Part shown: in pieces, positions 47,364-57,967 of the stretch
Layout: every line of letters begins with the position of its first letter
Numbering within the stretch: position 1 is the first letter of the stretch
Virus record (IMG/VR): IMGVR_UViG_3300032287_003559
Coordinates: 96,001-160,000 of that record
Direction: 5' to 3' (one strand)
DNA length: 64,000 nucleotides
Source: a virus
Notes under the pieces: generated by a model
The model's input: the letters and a program-made list of their open reading frames with translations, nothing else
Database searches by the model: none
What the model was told of the DNA's origin: nothing
Program-made: the position numbers and the translations under genes

Positions 47364-48713
47364 ATGAATAATCAAGTATTAACTACAAGAGATATTAGAA
47401 GTATTGATGTTCCCACTATCAATATTCTTTCAAACGATCAGAAAACAAATTCTGATATTAAAAATGTTTGGACAGATCTCTATTATTATGAAAGCGTTTT
47501 GCAAGAAACCATTAGAGCATCTGTGATGTATGTTGATGCAGGTACTTCTATCGAAAAGGAAGGCAAACAAAAAACAATTCTTGAAGGATTGCCTATTGTT
47601 GGTCAGGAAAAAGTTTCATTAAAAATGAAAGATGCGAATAATATTGAATTGAACTTAAACTTATACGTCAATAAAATAACACCAGTAAAACAAGATACTA
47701 CAAAATCTTTTGTCGGTCTTGATTTGGTTTCTAAAGAAGGAATTTTAAATCATCAAATAAGACTCAACAGTAGATTTGATGGAAAGATATCGGATCATAT
47801 TAGAAGAGTATTGACCGATTCAAAGTATTTGAATACTGATAAAAATATTGATATTGAAGAGACTGATAATAATTATAATTTTATTGGTAACAATAAGAAA
47901 CCTTTTTATACTGCTATTTGGTTATCAAAAAAAGCAGTTCCCAAAGGAGTTCAACCTGGAAATACTGCAGGTTACTTTTTTTATGAGACTTCTGATGGGT
48001 TTAAATTTAAATCTGTGGATAATCTTTTATCTGAGGTAGACTTAAATACGGGTAAAAAAAAGAATTATAAAAGTTTGATTTATACACAAACTCCTGATGG
48101 AGCAGGAAAAAATATTCCACTAGGATATTCTGCAAAAATACTGGAGCATAATGTAGATGATGTAAGTGGAAACATGCAATCAAAACTTGAGATCGGATCT
48201 TATTCAACAAAGACAATACTTTTCGATCCATTTAATTGTTATTATGAAGTTGTGTTACCAAAAACAGAACTTACTGAAAAGAAACTTAAATTAGCCGCAA
48301 AAGAACTTCCAAAGTTTAATCTAGAATTTAAAAATAGTTTTACAAGAACTCAATACATGCTGATTGATACTGGAACACTTCCTACAGGTGATACAAAACA
48401 ACAGATAGAAAAATCAAAGGAAAAAAACTTTGACCCAAAAAATATTTTGAATCAATCTACAATGAGATATAATCAGTTGTTTAGTACAAGAACGACTATT
48501 ACAATCGTTGCAGACTTTAGTTTACATGCAGGTGATTTAGTTTTTATTGATGCTGGTGTACCTGGACAAGAATTAGGAACTCTTCATAGTGGACTTTATC
48601 TTATTGCCGATTTGTGTCATTATATTAATAAAAAAGAAGGTGGGTGGACAAAATTAACTTTAGTTAGAGATTCTATAGGTAAAAAAGGATCTCCAACATA
48701 TAATGCAATTTAA
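47364..48713 (+). CDS. baseplate hub protein (gp27-like)
   Basis: YYESV, LPI.GQE.V, FFYET..GF.FKS.D, SGLYLI..LCH, L.RDS. Confidence 0.6.
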   Translation: MNNQVLTTRDIRSIDVPTINILSNDQKTNSDIKNVWTDLYYYESVLQETIRASVMYVDAGTSIEKEGKQKTILEGLPIVGQEKVSLKMKDANNIELNLNLYVNKITPVKQDTTKSFVGLDLVSKEGILNHQIRLNSRFDGKISDHIRRVLTDSKYLNTDKNIDIEETDNNYNFIGNNKKPFYTAIWLSKKAVPKGVQPGNTAGYFFYETSDGFKFKSVDNLLSEVDLNTGKKKNYKSLIYTQTPDGAGKNIPLGYSAKILEHNVDDVSGNMQSKLEIGSYSTKTILFDPFNCYYEVVLPKTELTEKKLKLAAKELPKFNLEFKNSFTRTQYMLIDTGTLPTGDTKQQIEKSKEKNFDPKNILNQSTMRYNQLFSTRTTITIVADFSLHAGDLVFIDAGVPGQELGTLHSGLYLIADLCHYINKKEGGWTKLTLVRDSIGKKGSPTYNAI

Positions 48714-48746
48714 TCTGTTAAATAGTAATACTATACAGGCACTAAA

Positions 48747-48959
48747 ATGGATAGTGTAGAAAAGCATATAGAACACGACAAAAGCATACTTGATGATCCA
48801 CTAATCTCTCCACAATCTCGTCGTCATACTGAACAAGAATTAGTAGCGTTGGAGAATTGGGTCAAGAATCATCCAGAGGATCATCGCGATCCATCACCGC
48901 TAGAACTATACTGTGATAGTAATCCAGAAGCACCCGAATGTAGAATATATGAGGATTGA
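48747..48959 (+). CDS. cp12: CP12 Calvin-cycle inhibitor
   Basis: C-terminal PLELYCDSNPEAPECRIYED. Confidence 0.9.
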   Translation: MDSVEKHIEHDKSILDDPLISPQSRRHTEQELVALENWVKNHPEDHRDPSPLELYCDSNPEAPECRIYED

Positions 48960-50716
48960 TGACTGAAGGAACTTTATTTAACTCAGGTTTTCTTGGAGCA
49001 CATTTTAATTGGTGGATCGGTCAGATCGCTAGTGATTCAACTTGGCGAGATAATATTTTGCCAGGAAAATTTGAAAGTAAAGATCAAATTCCAGGATGGG
49101 GATATAGGTACAAAGTTAGAATCATAGGTCTCCATGATCTTGGAGAGACTGAGATTAGTTCTGATCAACTGCCTTGGGCACAAATAATGTATCCTGTTAC
49201 TGCAGGTGGTGGTCAAGCAAACGCAAGTGCTACTGCAAACCTAAGGCAGGGAATGTTTGTCTTTGGATTCTTTTTGGACGGGCAGGATCAACAAGTTCCT
49301 GTTATTATGGGAGTTATTGGAAACAATTCACAAACAGATCTTGCAACAAAGATTGGCGATAATCGTGTAACAAATACTCAACCTGGAAGTCTAGCAACAA
49401 GTGGTTATGCAACTCCTGCAGATGGAAATAAAGACACAAACATAAAAGTTCCTGATGAAGGACTTAGAATTAATAAACCAACATCAAAAAATCAATCTGA
49501 AGAGTGCGCTCCAATACCACCAGGAACAACTCTTGACAAATATGGTCTTCCTTATGGAAAAGCTAATTCGTTTCAATTAAAAGATATACAAAGTGCTTCT
49601 GCTGAAGCAATAGCAAGAAATTTAACAGGAACTGCTTTTGATGACTTTGTTAAAAATGCAGTCCAAAATGGTATTAAAGCAAGATGCGAAGCAGCAAATT
49701 CTCCGATTTCTCCTTCTCAACCTGGAGCAACAAAAGAAAATGATGCTGTACATGAGCAAACAAAAGCAGACGTTGTTAGGAATGATTACTACAGCAGAAA
49801 AACTGTTTTAATGTCTCCATGCGATGCTGTTAAATCTGCTCTTAAAGCAATTCAAACTGAATTGGAAAATCTAACAAAAGATATTGATAAAGTTCTTAAT
49901 GCTGCCCAATCATACGTGGATGCAGTTTCAAATTTACTTGGAAGTATTCAAGATTTGATTGCAGATTTTGCATGTAAAATTGCAAAATATATGAAAATAG
50001 TTTTCAACAAAATTATGGAATATATCTTAAAGCAAATCAATAAAGGACTAGCACCAACAATAGAACAACTTCCACCAAATCAAAGACATAGATATTTTGA
50101 TATCAAGACATCTATTACAGAATTAATTACTTGTTTATACAATAAGATATCAAATAATTTGTGTGGTCTGATACAAGATATTTTAAATAAACAAATTACA
50201 AAAGAACTCCCTGAAGAAGTCGTAAAGGAAAAGAAAATAAGAATTCCTACTACTCCAATTTGTTCTGTTGAAATACTAACTGGAAATGTAATCGCATTAA
50301 ATATGAACGATATGAATACTGGAATTAATGGAATTTTAGATAATGTAAATAATTTTTTAAATGATATTCAATCAGAATTGGGGATGGTTACTGATATAAT
50401 AGAAGGAACGAAAAGTTTAGTTGATGGAATTAGTGGAAGTATTACGTCTGCTCTTAGTTTTGAAAATATAAAACTTAATGTTTTTGGATGTGACTTAAAA
50501 CCAAACTGTGCCGCGTCAGATTATTATACGATTCAAAACGGAAGTGGTGCTGCGGAAGATCCACAACAACCAAGAGTTGCAGAAGTTGATAAAGCATCTC
50601 AAAAGAACATAACTGCAACTCAAATAACTGAAAAACCATATGCCCAACCTGGACAGAATCAGCCAGATATTCTTACTACCGTAAATCAAACTACAGATTT
50701 TATAAGATCAATATAA
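48959..50716 (+). CDS. gp5-like baseplate hub protein (N-terminal OB fold)
   Basis: WWIGQI, RYKVRIIG.H, LPWA, VFGFFLDG...Q.P.IMG. Confidence 0.8.
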   Translation: MTEGTLFNSGFLGAHFNWWIGQIASDSTWRDNILPGKFESKDQIPGWGYRYKVRIIGLHDLGETEISSDQLPWAQIMYPVTAGGGQANASATANLRQGMFVFGFFLDGQDQQVPVIMGVIGNNSQTDLATKIGDNRVTNTQPGSLATSGYATPADGNKDTNIKVPDEGLRINKPTSKNQSEECAPIPPGTTLDKYGLPYGKANSFQLKDIQSASAEAIARNLTGTAFDDFVKNAVQNGIKARCEAANSPISPSQPGATKENDAVHEQTKADVVRNDYYSRKTVLMSPCDAVKSALKAIQTELENLTKDIDKVLNAAQSYVDAVSNLLGSIQDLIADFACKIAKYMKIVFNKIMEYILKQINKGLAPTIEQLPPNQRHRYFDIKTSITELITCLYNKISNNLCGLIQDILNKQITKELPEEVVKEKKIRIPTTPICSVEILTGNVIALNMNDMNTGINGILDNVNNFLNDIQSELGMVTDIIEGTKSLVDGISGSITSALSFENIKLNVFGCDLKPNCAASDYYTIQNGSGAAEDPQQPRVAEVDKASQKNITATQITEKPYAQPGQNQPDILTTVNQTTDFIRSI

Positions 50717-50747
50717 GAACAATAAATATCAGTAGTCAAAAAGAGAT

Positions 50748-53700
50748 ATGTCTTTTAATTTATTTGCTTCACCATCTAAAGACGATATCAGTGTTGGATA
50801 CATTGATCCAACACTTGGATATGTTGATGGAGTTTCTATATGCGAAGCAAATAATTACGCAAAAGATAATCCAGGAACAACATTCATTTTTGTAGATGGA
50901 GATAATAATATTCAGTATTTGAATATTAATGAAGTAAATCGTCTTACAACAAACAATCTTGTTTCTACAGCAACTACTTGTGCAGGGATTCAAGCATATA
51001 AGGAGTGTGGTCCACCGAGGATTCAATTTTTTGGAGGGGGTGGAATAGGAGCAGTTGGAAACCCTGTAATTGGTAAAGACGGTGCTTTACTTGCAGTTGA
51101 TCTTGTATATGGAGGTAATGGATATCAGTATCCTCCAATAGTAGCAGCTAAAGATGACTGTCAGTTTGGTAATGGTGCAGTTCTCACTGCAATTCTTGGC
51201 GAAACTGCTGACGAAATAGAAGTTTATGAGGGTGAAGATGATTTTGAAGAATATGAGTTATGTGAAGATACTGATGTTGGATATGGAACTGTCTATGGAA
51301 GAGATGGGGAAGAGATAGGACCTTGGGAACCAAAAACATATACTAAAATTGGCGAAGATCCTATTAAAAGAGAAATAGAAATATATCAAAGAGCATTAGA
51401 AAATCCTTTCTGGACTACAAGAAAAACTCAACCTGATAGAATCATCGCTCTCGGAGAAGAGTATTCTAATTCATATAACGCAACTCATCCCGAATGGGGT
51501 GAGTTTATGAATCAATATGCTATTTCTCCAGTGAAACCATCAGATTTAGTAGGATCTGACGAAGCTGGTAAGGTTTTTACTCTTGAATGGGAACAAAATT
51601 TTCCAATCAGCGGAGAATATATTTTTAGAGGTGTCTGCGATAACTCAGCTCAAGTTTATATTGATAATAGTTTAATCGGAGATTTGCTTTCATTTAAACA
51701 AAATCCTTCTCCTTTACAGAAAACAATTAGAGAAGGAAATCATATTATTCGTATTGATCTATTCAATGCTCCGATTGAAGAGAACGTATCAAAAACTACA
51801 ACTACTTCAACAGCAACAAATCTAAATGCAAAGTTCGTTCAAAAAGGATCTAATTTTTATCTTCAGGTTGATGGATCTGGAACAGGTGAAATATCATTTG
51901 TAATGGATGTAAATGATGCCTCTTACATTGCAGGGCTTGCTGCTAAAGAAGTTAGAATACCTTCAGATAATGGAAAGGTTGCATTTAAAAGGACAACATT
52001 TCAATATAGTAATATAACAAATCTTATTCCTGAGGCACTCACTGAAGAAACTATAAAGAAATCAGGAACATTTAGTGGTGGTAAAACCTATGGTCCTATC
52101 GAAATTATAGGAGCAGCACCTGGGGCAAGAGGACCTATACCTATAAAAAACAGTTCTAATAAGTTAGCACTCAGAGATGCTGATGGTGATGATGCAAATA
52201 TTAAAATTACCATCACTAAAGTATCATCAACCAGCTCTACATCTACAACCACCACAGAAAAAATAATTTCTTCAAAGTCTTGGAATCAAAATCCAGTAGG
52301 TGTTTCTATGTTGATTGAGGCACCTACACCAATTATTCCTCAAGAGCAACCACCAATACAAACTGGAAGGTGTCCGCCCAATCCTATTTGGTCTACAAGA
52401 TTTCCAGGATCAGTTCAAAAATGGTATCCAGTTAGATTTACTAAAAATAATGCTTGGAGTACCTTTATGAATAGGTACGCAATTTCACCAGTTCCACCTC
52501 TTAATACTCCGGGAAGTGATACTTCCGGATCTACATTCTCAAATTCTTGGGATGTTGATTTACCTTATGCTGGATATTATGGTGTTAAAGGAACTAGAGA
52601 TAATAGAGGCAGAATATTAATCGATGGAAAAGAAATATCGACGTTAGATGGATTCAATACAAATAATCCAAAATTAACAAAAGTATATCTAACGAAAGGT
52701 AAACATACGATTACAGTAGAAGTTTATAACATTCCTATTGAAACAAATTCTTCAGTAGATACTAAAATTTTTAGTACTCAAGATTGGAGAGTTCCTGCTC
52801 CTTTATCTTCAGGATCTTTATCAGCAAAATTTATTCAAGAAGGAACAAACTTTTATTTGAAGGTTGATGGATCTGGAACTGGTAAAATATCATTTGTAAT
52901 GGATGTAAATGATGCTTCTTATATTGCAGGGCTTGCTGCTAAAGAAGTTCAGATTCCTTCCGATTCGGGTAAAGTAAAGTTGCAGAGAACAATATTTCAA
53001 TATAGCGATATAACAAATCTTATTCCTGATGCACTCACTAAAGAAACCATAAAGGGATCTGGAACTTTTACAGGTGGAAAAAAATACGGACCTATTCAAA
53101 TTATAGGAGCAGCACCTGGGGCAAGAGGACCTATACCTATAAAAAATGGTTCTAATAAACTTGCACTTAGAGATGCTGACGGTGATGATGAGAATATTAA
53201 GATTACTATTAGCAATGTTTCAGCAAGTTCTGTTAACAACGCTGTTACAAATACTTCACAGAGTCCAACAAAGAATGGAGTTAATTATGATGGACCTGAA
53301 TTATTTGGATATGTTGATAGCAGGTGGAGTAAATTTATGAATGATTATTCAGTTTCTCCAAAGGTATTTACTTCTATCAACTCACCTGATGAAAGAGTAG
53401 TTGGAAAATATATATTAACTTGGAAAAATATAAATTTCCCACAAGATGGAATTTATAAATTTAATTTTCAATCAGACAATATTGCAACACTAAAAGTTGG
53501 TGGAAAAGAAATTTATAAAACATCTGATTTTAATGGCGATAAAGTTCAATATACATTTAATGCATCTGCAGGAACATATGATATTGTAATTGAGTTGGAA
53601 AATATAAGATCTTCAACAAATAAGGGAAAAGATACTACATTCTCTATTAATCCTATGGGAGTAGCCCTTTATATAAGTAAAGATGTTACTTTCTCTGATT

Positions 53701-54413
53701 CAAATAAAACGCCTTGGACTGATAATCCAATGGCAATATCTGCTATTTTAATCCCACCTCCATGTGCTAAAAAAATTGGAGGAAAGGGAGTTGTTAATAG
53801 GGTTATTGTAGAGGACCCAGGAAATGGATATCTGCCTGTCGAAAAACCTGGTACTGGATATCCAGTTACTCTTGTTTTAGATCAAGTAATTGTAGAAAGT
53901 CCTGGAATTAATTATCGTTGTGGGGAGGATCAAATTCAAATCACTCCCAATAATGGAGCTGCCTTAGATTACACATGTGATTCTTTTGGAAGAATCACTG
54001 AAGTTAAAGTATTAAATTCTGGAGTTGGATTTAATGCTTATCCACAAATAAGTATGCCTTCCGAAACAGGAGTAAATGCATCATTCCGTCCAGTATTTCG
54101 TATCGTTAGAGATCCTCTTCTTCCACCAGAAAAAATAATTCAGGTTACTGATCTCGTTGGTCTTAAGCAAACTGGATATGTGGATGGAAGATCATATTAT
54201 GGTGCTGTTTATTATGATCAAGGTATAAGATATGCTGGATACTATAAGACTATAGGAACTCAGATTAGAGTTTATGATACTCTACAGGAGAGCATTACTG
54301 CGAAAGTTACTACAACCCCAAGTGCTATTCAGAGATCTGGTACTGATATTACAAGTAATGATCCTACACTTAACATTCCAGGAACTCCCCAATCAGCAAC
54401 AGAGCAACCTTAA
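50748..54413 (+). CDS. large virion protein with PA14-like domains
   Basis: G.Y.F....DN.A.V.ID, G.H.I..E, GNGY repeats; internal duplication. Confidence 0.7.
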   Translation: MSFNLFASPSKDDISVGYIDPTLGYVDGVSICEANNYAKDNPGTTFIFVDGDNNIQYLNINEVNRLTTNNLVSTATTCAGIQAYKECGPPRIQFFGGGGIGAVGNPVIGKDGALLAVDLVYGGNGYQYPPIVAAKDDCQFGNGAVLTAILGETADEIEVYEGEDDFEEYELCEDTDVGYGTVYGRDGEEIGPWEPKTYTKIGEDPIKREIEIYQRALENPFWTTRKTQPDRIIALGEEYSNSYNATHPEWGEFMNQYAISPVKPSDLVGSDEAGKVFTLEWEQNFPISGEYIFRGVCDNSAQVYIDNSLIGDLLSFKQNPSPLQKTIREGNHIIRIDLFNAPIEENVSKTTTTSTATNLNAKFVQKGSNFYLQVDGSGTGEISFVMDVNDASYIAGLAAKEVRIPSDNGKVAFKRTTFQYSNITNLIPEALTEETIKKSGTFSGGKTYGPIEIIGAAPGARGPIPIKNSSNKLALRDADGDDANIKITITKVSSTSSTSTTTTEKIISSKSWNQNPVGVSMLIEAPTPIIPQEQPPIQTGRCPPNPIWSTRFPGSVQKWYPVRFTKNNAWSTFMNRYAISPVPPLNTPGSDTSGSTFSNSWDVDLPYAGYYGVKGTRDNRGRILIDGKEISTLDGFNTNNPKLTKVYLTKGKHTITVEVYNIPIETNSSVDTKIFSTQDWRVPAPLSSGSLSAKFIQEGTNFYLKVDGSGTGKISFVMDVNDASYIAGLAAKEVQIPSDSGKVKLQRTIFQYSDITNLIPDALTKETIKGSGTFTGGKKYGPIQIIGAAPGARGPIPIKNGSNKLALRDADGDDENIKITISNVSASSVNNAVTNTSQSPTKNGVNYDGPELFGYVDSRWSKFMNDYSVSPKVFTSINSPDERVVGKYILTWKNINFPQDGIYKFNFQSDNIATLKVGGKEIYKTSDFNGDKVQYTFNASAGTYDIVIELENIRSSTNKGKDTTFSINPMGVALYISKDVTFSDSNKTPWTDNPMAISAILIPPPCAKKIGGKGVVNRVIVEDPGNGYLPVEKPGTGYPVTLVLDQVIVESPGINYRCGEDQIQITPNNGAALDYTCDSFGRITEVKVLNSGVGFNAYPQISMPSETGVNASFRPVFRIVRDPLLPPEKIIQVTDLVGLKQTGYVDGRSYYGAVYYDQGIRYAGYYKTIGTQIRVYDTLQESITAKVTTTPSAIQRSGTDITSNDPTLNIPGTPQSATEQP
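51822..53212 (+). repeat. internal ~390-bp duplication (about 51822-52215 and 52818-53212)
   Basis: AKF.Q.G.NFYL.VDGSGTG.ISFVMDVNDASYIAGLAAKEV...ALRDADGDD twice; an identical ~44-nt stretch near 52107 and 53103. Confidence 0.9.
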
Positions 54414-54449
54414 AATTCTATTAAATAGTACTATATTGAATTTTCAATA

Positions 54450-55094
54450 ATGGCTACAGCCCAAAACAGTAACAATACAAAATTAACAGTTCCTTTAGGT
54501 AAAGAAGGAACATCTATTAATCAAACTGCAAAACAAAATTATACTGCTATTCGCTATGGAAATGATCATGGTTCAATTAGTTTTGGGCATATTCATAAAC
54601 AAGCTGACGTAGTTGCTGATGTGATGCTTCAGGCATCTGACGGTAGACATTCTATTATTCTTGATAAAGATGGACCAAGAAAAGGATGTACTCAAATTAC
54701 TTCTCCTGGACGCATATCAATCGAATCTGGGATTGATAAGAAGGAAGCAGAAGATACTCTATTCATTCATTCGTATAATGGTAACATAGATATTATTGCA
54801 TCAAATGGAAAAATAAGACTTCAAGGAACTGATATTGAATTAAATGCTGTTGGTGAAGGTGGATCAAAAGGAAATATTAGAATAAATGCATCTCAAAATA
54901 TTGCATTGGATGCTACAGAGATTACCATCAATGCTAAATCTTATTATAAACTAGCAACTCCAGGTACTGCAGAAATTGCTGCAAATGCTGGAATGTCTTT
55001 ATATGCTTCACTCATTCGTGGAGTAAGTGATGCTGTTTGTAATAAAGATTCAAAAGTTGGTGGAAGATCAATTCAAAAGAAAAATACAAAATAA
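54450..55094 (+). CDS. virion protein, probable gp5 C-terminal beta-helix-like part
   Basis: Repeated I.I.A..G.I.L beta strands; late promoter upstream. Confidence 0.55.
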   Translation: MATAQNSNNTKLTVPLGKEGTSINQTAKQNYTAIRYGNDHGSISFGHIHKQADVVADVMLQASDGRHSIILDKDGPRKGCTQITSPGRISIESGIDKKEAEDTLFIHSYNGNIDIIASNGKIRLQGTDIELNAVGEGGSKGNIRINASQNIALDATEITINAKSYYKLATPGTAEIAANAGMSLYASLIRGVSDAVCNKDSKVGGRSIQKKNTK

Positions 55095-55105
55095 GGAGAA
55101 AAATC

Positions 55106-55768
55106 ATGGCGTTTTTAATGGATGATAATGCAGTAGGTGGACAGATGATGGTTGGTGCTGGAACACCAAAAGCACTTGGTATTGGACCAGCAAAAATTAA
55201 TGGGTCTGCATATGTTGAGGGTCCATTACAAACTGGTGCTGCAGGTGAACATAACACTTGTAAAGCAACTTTAATGGTTGGACAATTAAGGAATAAAGAT
55301 GCAAAGACAATTCCATTATATTCTTTGTGGGTAAGACTTTATTCAAGGTTTCAAAGTTTTGTAAGAGTTGATTTACTTCTTAAGTCAACTTATATTGAAG
55401 CAAAAGTTATAAGAACTAAAATTCTTCAGGCATCTATTAAAAATTTTGTAATTGATCACCCAACTAAAGAGGGTAAAAAATTAGTCCATACTTGTCTCGA
55501 AGGTCCAGAAAACGGAGTTTATGTTCGCGGAAGATTGTTAAATAGGACTGAAATTGAACTACCTGAGTATTGGACTGGACTAGTTGATGAAACAACCATC
55601 ACAGTATCAATTACTCCTATAGGAGCTCATCAAGACATTATTGTTAAAAGGATAGGAGATAATAAAGTTTATCTTCAAGCAAAACCTGGAGTTCCTATTA
55701 ACTGTTTTTATCATATTTTTGGAACGAGAAAAGATGTACCTAGATTAATTACGGAGATTGAGGAATAA
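55106..55768 (+). CDS. virion protein with HxCLEGPE domain
   Basis: KNFVIDHP...LVHTCLEGPENGVY.RG...LPEYW..LVD. Confidence 0.6.
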   Translation: MAFLMDDNAVGGQMMVGAGTPKALGIGPAKINGSAYVEGPLQTGAAGEHNTCKATLMVGQLRNKDAKTIPLYSLWVRLYSRFQSFVRVDLLLKSTYIEAKVIRTKILQASIKNFVIDHPTKEGKKLVHTCLEGPENGVYVRGRLLNRTEIELPEYWTGLVDETTITVSITPIGAHQDIIVKRIGDNKVYLQAKPGVPINCFYHIFGTRKDVPRLITEIEE

Positions 55769-56487
55769 TGGCTTATACATTTGAAAAGTACGGAACTTTT
55801 GCTGGTCCAGGAGTCAGTATTGAATATAGAGATAATGATGATTTCTCGGTAGAACCATTTGAGGGTTACTTTAATTTAAGTGATGTATCAATGGTTCTCG
55901 TAAATACTTCGGAATCTCCCTCAGATTATGTTTACATGCACTTAAATGGAACCAGCACATCAACCGTTACTTTGGAGAGAAACTCTGGGACTATACCAAA
56001 TTTTATTGTAAATGCTGATAATTCCACTTTTAGTGGTGAAGTAAAATCGAATGGTGGAGTGCATAAACTTTCCAACAAGAAAAACTTTGATATCCCACAT
56101 CCAAATAAACCTGGATGGAGACTTCGCCATACCTGTCTAGAAGGTCCTGAGAATGCTGTATATTTTAGAGGAAAGTTAAAAGATACTAATATAATAGAAT
56201 TTCCAGAATATTGGAAAGGATTTGTTGACCCAGAAAGTATTACAGTTACTCTAACTCAAATAGGAACATCTCAGGATTTAATTATTGAAAAAATTGAGTT
56301 AGAGACTGGTATTAGTATAAAATCCGGAAATGCTTCAAGTATTAATTGTTATTATCTAGTACACGGAACTCGTTCGGATGGGGAAAACTTAATTGTTGAG
56401 TATGAGGGTAATTCTCCAGCAGATTATCCTGGAGATAATAGTGAATATTCTGTTGCTGGATATCATTATGATACCAAAGGGAGATAA
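55768..56487 (+). CDS. virion protein with HxCLEGPE domain (paralog)
   Basis: KNFDIPHP...LRHTCLEGPENAVY.RG...PEYW..FVD. Confidence 0.6.
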   Translation: MAYTFEKYGTFAGPGVSIEYRDNDDFSVEPFEGYFNLSDVSMVLVNTSESPSDYVYMHLNGTSTSTVTLERNSGTIPNFIVNADNSTFSGEVKSNGGVHKLSNKKNFDIPHPNKPGWRLRHTCLEGPENAVYFRGKLKDTNIIEFPEYWKGFVDPESITVTLTQIGTSQDLIIEKIELETGISIKSGNASSINCYYLVHGTRSDGENLIVEYEGNSPADYPGDNSEYSVAGYHYDTKGR

Positions 56488-56490
56488 TAA

Positions 56491-56850
56491 ATGCCGATAA
56501 ACATATTATATAAGACTGGTTCGCCTGGAATCGTTACCGTAGGAACTTATACTACAAATACTGATCCAACATATGATACTTATTATTCTACACAGAATAT
56601 TGATGTAGGAATTACTACCGCAACATCTGTAAATGTTTCTGGAATGATAACTTCCAGCTCTTTGAACGTTTCTGGAATGATAACTTCAAGTTCTTTGGTT
56701 GTTTCTGGAATAACAACTGTTGGACTCGGAACAACTTCATCTCCTCTAAATTCTCAACTATCATTTGAACTTACTAGTAATACTAATTTGAGAATTAAAG
56801 TTCGTGGAAGTGATGGAATTTTGAGATCTGCAAACATTACCCTCGCATGA
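56491..56850 (+). CDS. small fibre-like protein with 11-aa tandem repeats
   Basis: NVSGMITSSSL x2.5 (33-nt repeat at about 56632-56716); C-terminal KVRGSDG..RS. Confidence 0.6.
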   Translation: MPINILYKTGSPGIVTVGTYTTNTDPTYDTYYSTQNIDVGITTATSVNVSGMITSSSLNVSGMITSSSLVVSGITTVGLGTTSSPLNSQLSFELTSNTNLRIKVRGSDGILRSANITLA

Positions 56851-56853
56851 CCC

Positions 56854-56882
56854 TTGACTTTGGGGGATGGACCTGCTATGAT
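56854..56882 (+). promoter_or_regulatory. early promoter
   Basis: TTGACT-17-TATGAT. Confidence 0.65.
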
Positions 56883-56907
56883 ACCTAGGTAATCAAGAAA
56901 CGAACCA

Positions 56908-57090
56908 ATGCAAGACGAGTACCTGACACGATGCGTGGTCGATCCCCTGAAGCGTACTGTTTATCTGTATTCTAATGAAGGTGGAGAAAAGCAAGTGTCC
57001 TGTGATACTGTTGAAGAGTTTATGAACGTGCTAGACTTTGTTCGTGCTACAGTGGATGAAGAGACTCTCTCATACGCAAATCCACTTTGA
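56908..57090 (+). CDS. conserved hypothetical protein
   Basis: 60-aa ORF after the promoter. Confidence 0.7.
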   Translation: MQDEYLTRCVVDPLKRTVYLYSNEGGEKQVSCDTVEEFMNVLDFVRATVDEETLSYANPL

Positions 57091-57153
57091 GTTCCATTTT
57101 TGGTCGAAAAAAATCCCGGCAAATTTTCTCACACGATACTTTTTTGAAAAAGT

Positions 57154-57360
57154 ATGAATTTACACAAAATCTCATATAAAAACCTCAAAGAGGAACCAGT
57201 CAAAACAACACCAGAAAATGTAAAAGAGGCAAATGAATCCCTCTTTACTGCAAAATGGAATCTTCCTCAAGCAGCAAAACACTGCGGAATGTCACAAAAA
57301 GAAATGAAGTTGACATTCTGGGAGTATCTCAAGTATAATCCTATCACCTATAAAGGGTGA
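57154..57360 (+). CDS. hypothetical protein (possible HTH)
   Basis: WNLPQAAKHCGMSQKEMK. Confidence 0.6.
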   Translation: MNLHKISYKNLKEEPVKTTPENVKEANESLFTAKWNLPQAAKHCGMSQKEMKLTFWEYLKYNPITYKG

Positions 57361-57368
57361 TTTTTCTT

Positions 57369-57443
57369 GGGCGGGTAGTCCAACTGGCAGGAGACACCAA
57401 ACTTAAAATTTGTACAGTGCGGGTTCGAATCCCGCTCCGCCTA
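57369..57443 (+). tRNA. trnL: tRNA-Leu(UAA), short variable loop
   Basis: Cloverleaf: GGGCGGG/TCCGCCT acceptor, CAAA-CTTAAAA-TTTG anticodon arm, GGTTCGAATCC T-arm. Confidence 0.88.
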
Positions 57444-57468
57444 TTAGGAGACATTATTATAAATAACT

Positions 57469-57948
57469 ATGGTTATGTCTTCTAAAATGATACGAAACGC
57501 ATATAAATCTACCGATGCTGAATTTATTCAAGCAGTAAAATCTTCTAATTCTATTAGAGAAGCACTGATGAAATTAAATTTAAAAGCAGCAGGAGGAAAT
57601 TATGAATGCTTTCATAAAAGAGTTAAAGAGTTAAATCTTTCGATAAAACACTTTACAGATCCTAAAGCGTGGAACAAAGGTAAAAAATTTGGTCCAAAAA
57701 GATCATTAGAAGAATATTTAAGTGGAGTTCCAATTCAATCTCATAAACTTAAGTTAAGACTTATCGCTGAAGGAATAAAGGAACATAAATGCGAAGATTG
57801 TGGTATAATTGAATGGAGAGGAAATCCAACTCCAATCGAATTAGATCATATAAATGGTAATCATCACGATAATCGTTTAGAAAATCTCCGTTTGTTATGT
57901 CCCAACTGCCACGCACAGACACCAACCTATCGTGGTAGAAATAAATAA
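57469..57948 (+). CDS. HNH homing endonuclease
   Basis: CEDCG...ELDHINGNHHDNRLENLRLLCPNCH; TATAAATA late promoter at 57458. Confidence 0.92.
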   Translation: MVMSSKMIRNAYKSTDAEFIQAVKSSNSIREALMKLNLKAAGGNYECFHKRVKELNLSIKHFTDPKAWNKGKKFGPKRSLEEYLSGVPIQSHKLKLRLIAEGIKEHKCEDCGIIEWRGNPTPIELDHINGNHHDNRLENLRLLCPNCHAQTPTYRGRNK

Positions 57949-57967
57949 TCAAAAGTAGGAACATCCT

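Noticed and set aside
51822-53212. Diversity-generating retroelement template/variable repeat pair
   Set aside because: Both copies are in-frame coding, differences are not confined to adenines, and no reverse transcriptase is in the window
57095-57150. A/T-tract-flanked CCCGGC element and CTCACAC motif as an origin or Yfr1 mimic
   Set aside because: Only a 7-nt match with no flanking hairpins; no supportable function from sequence alone
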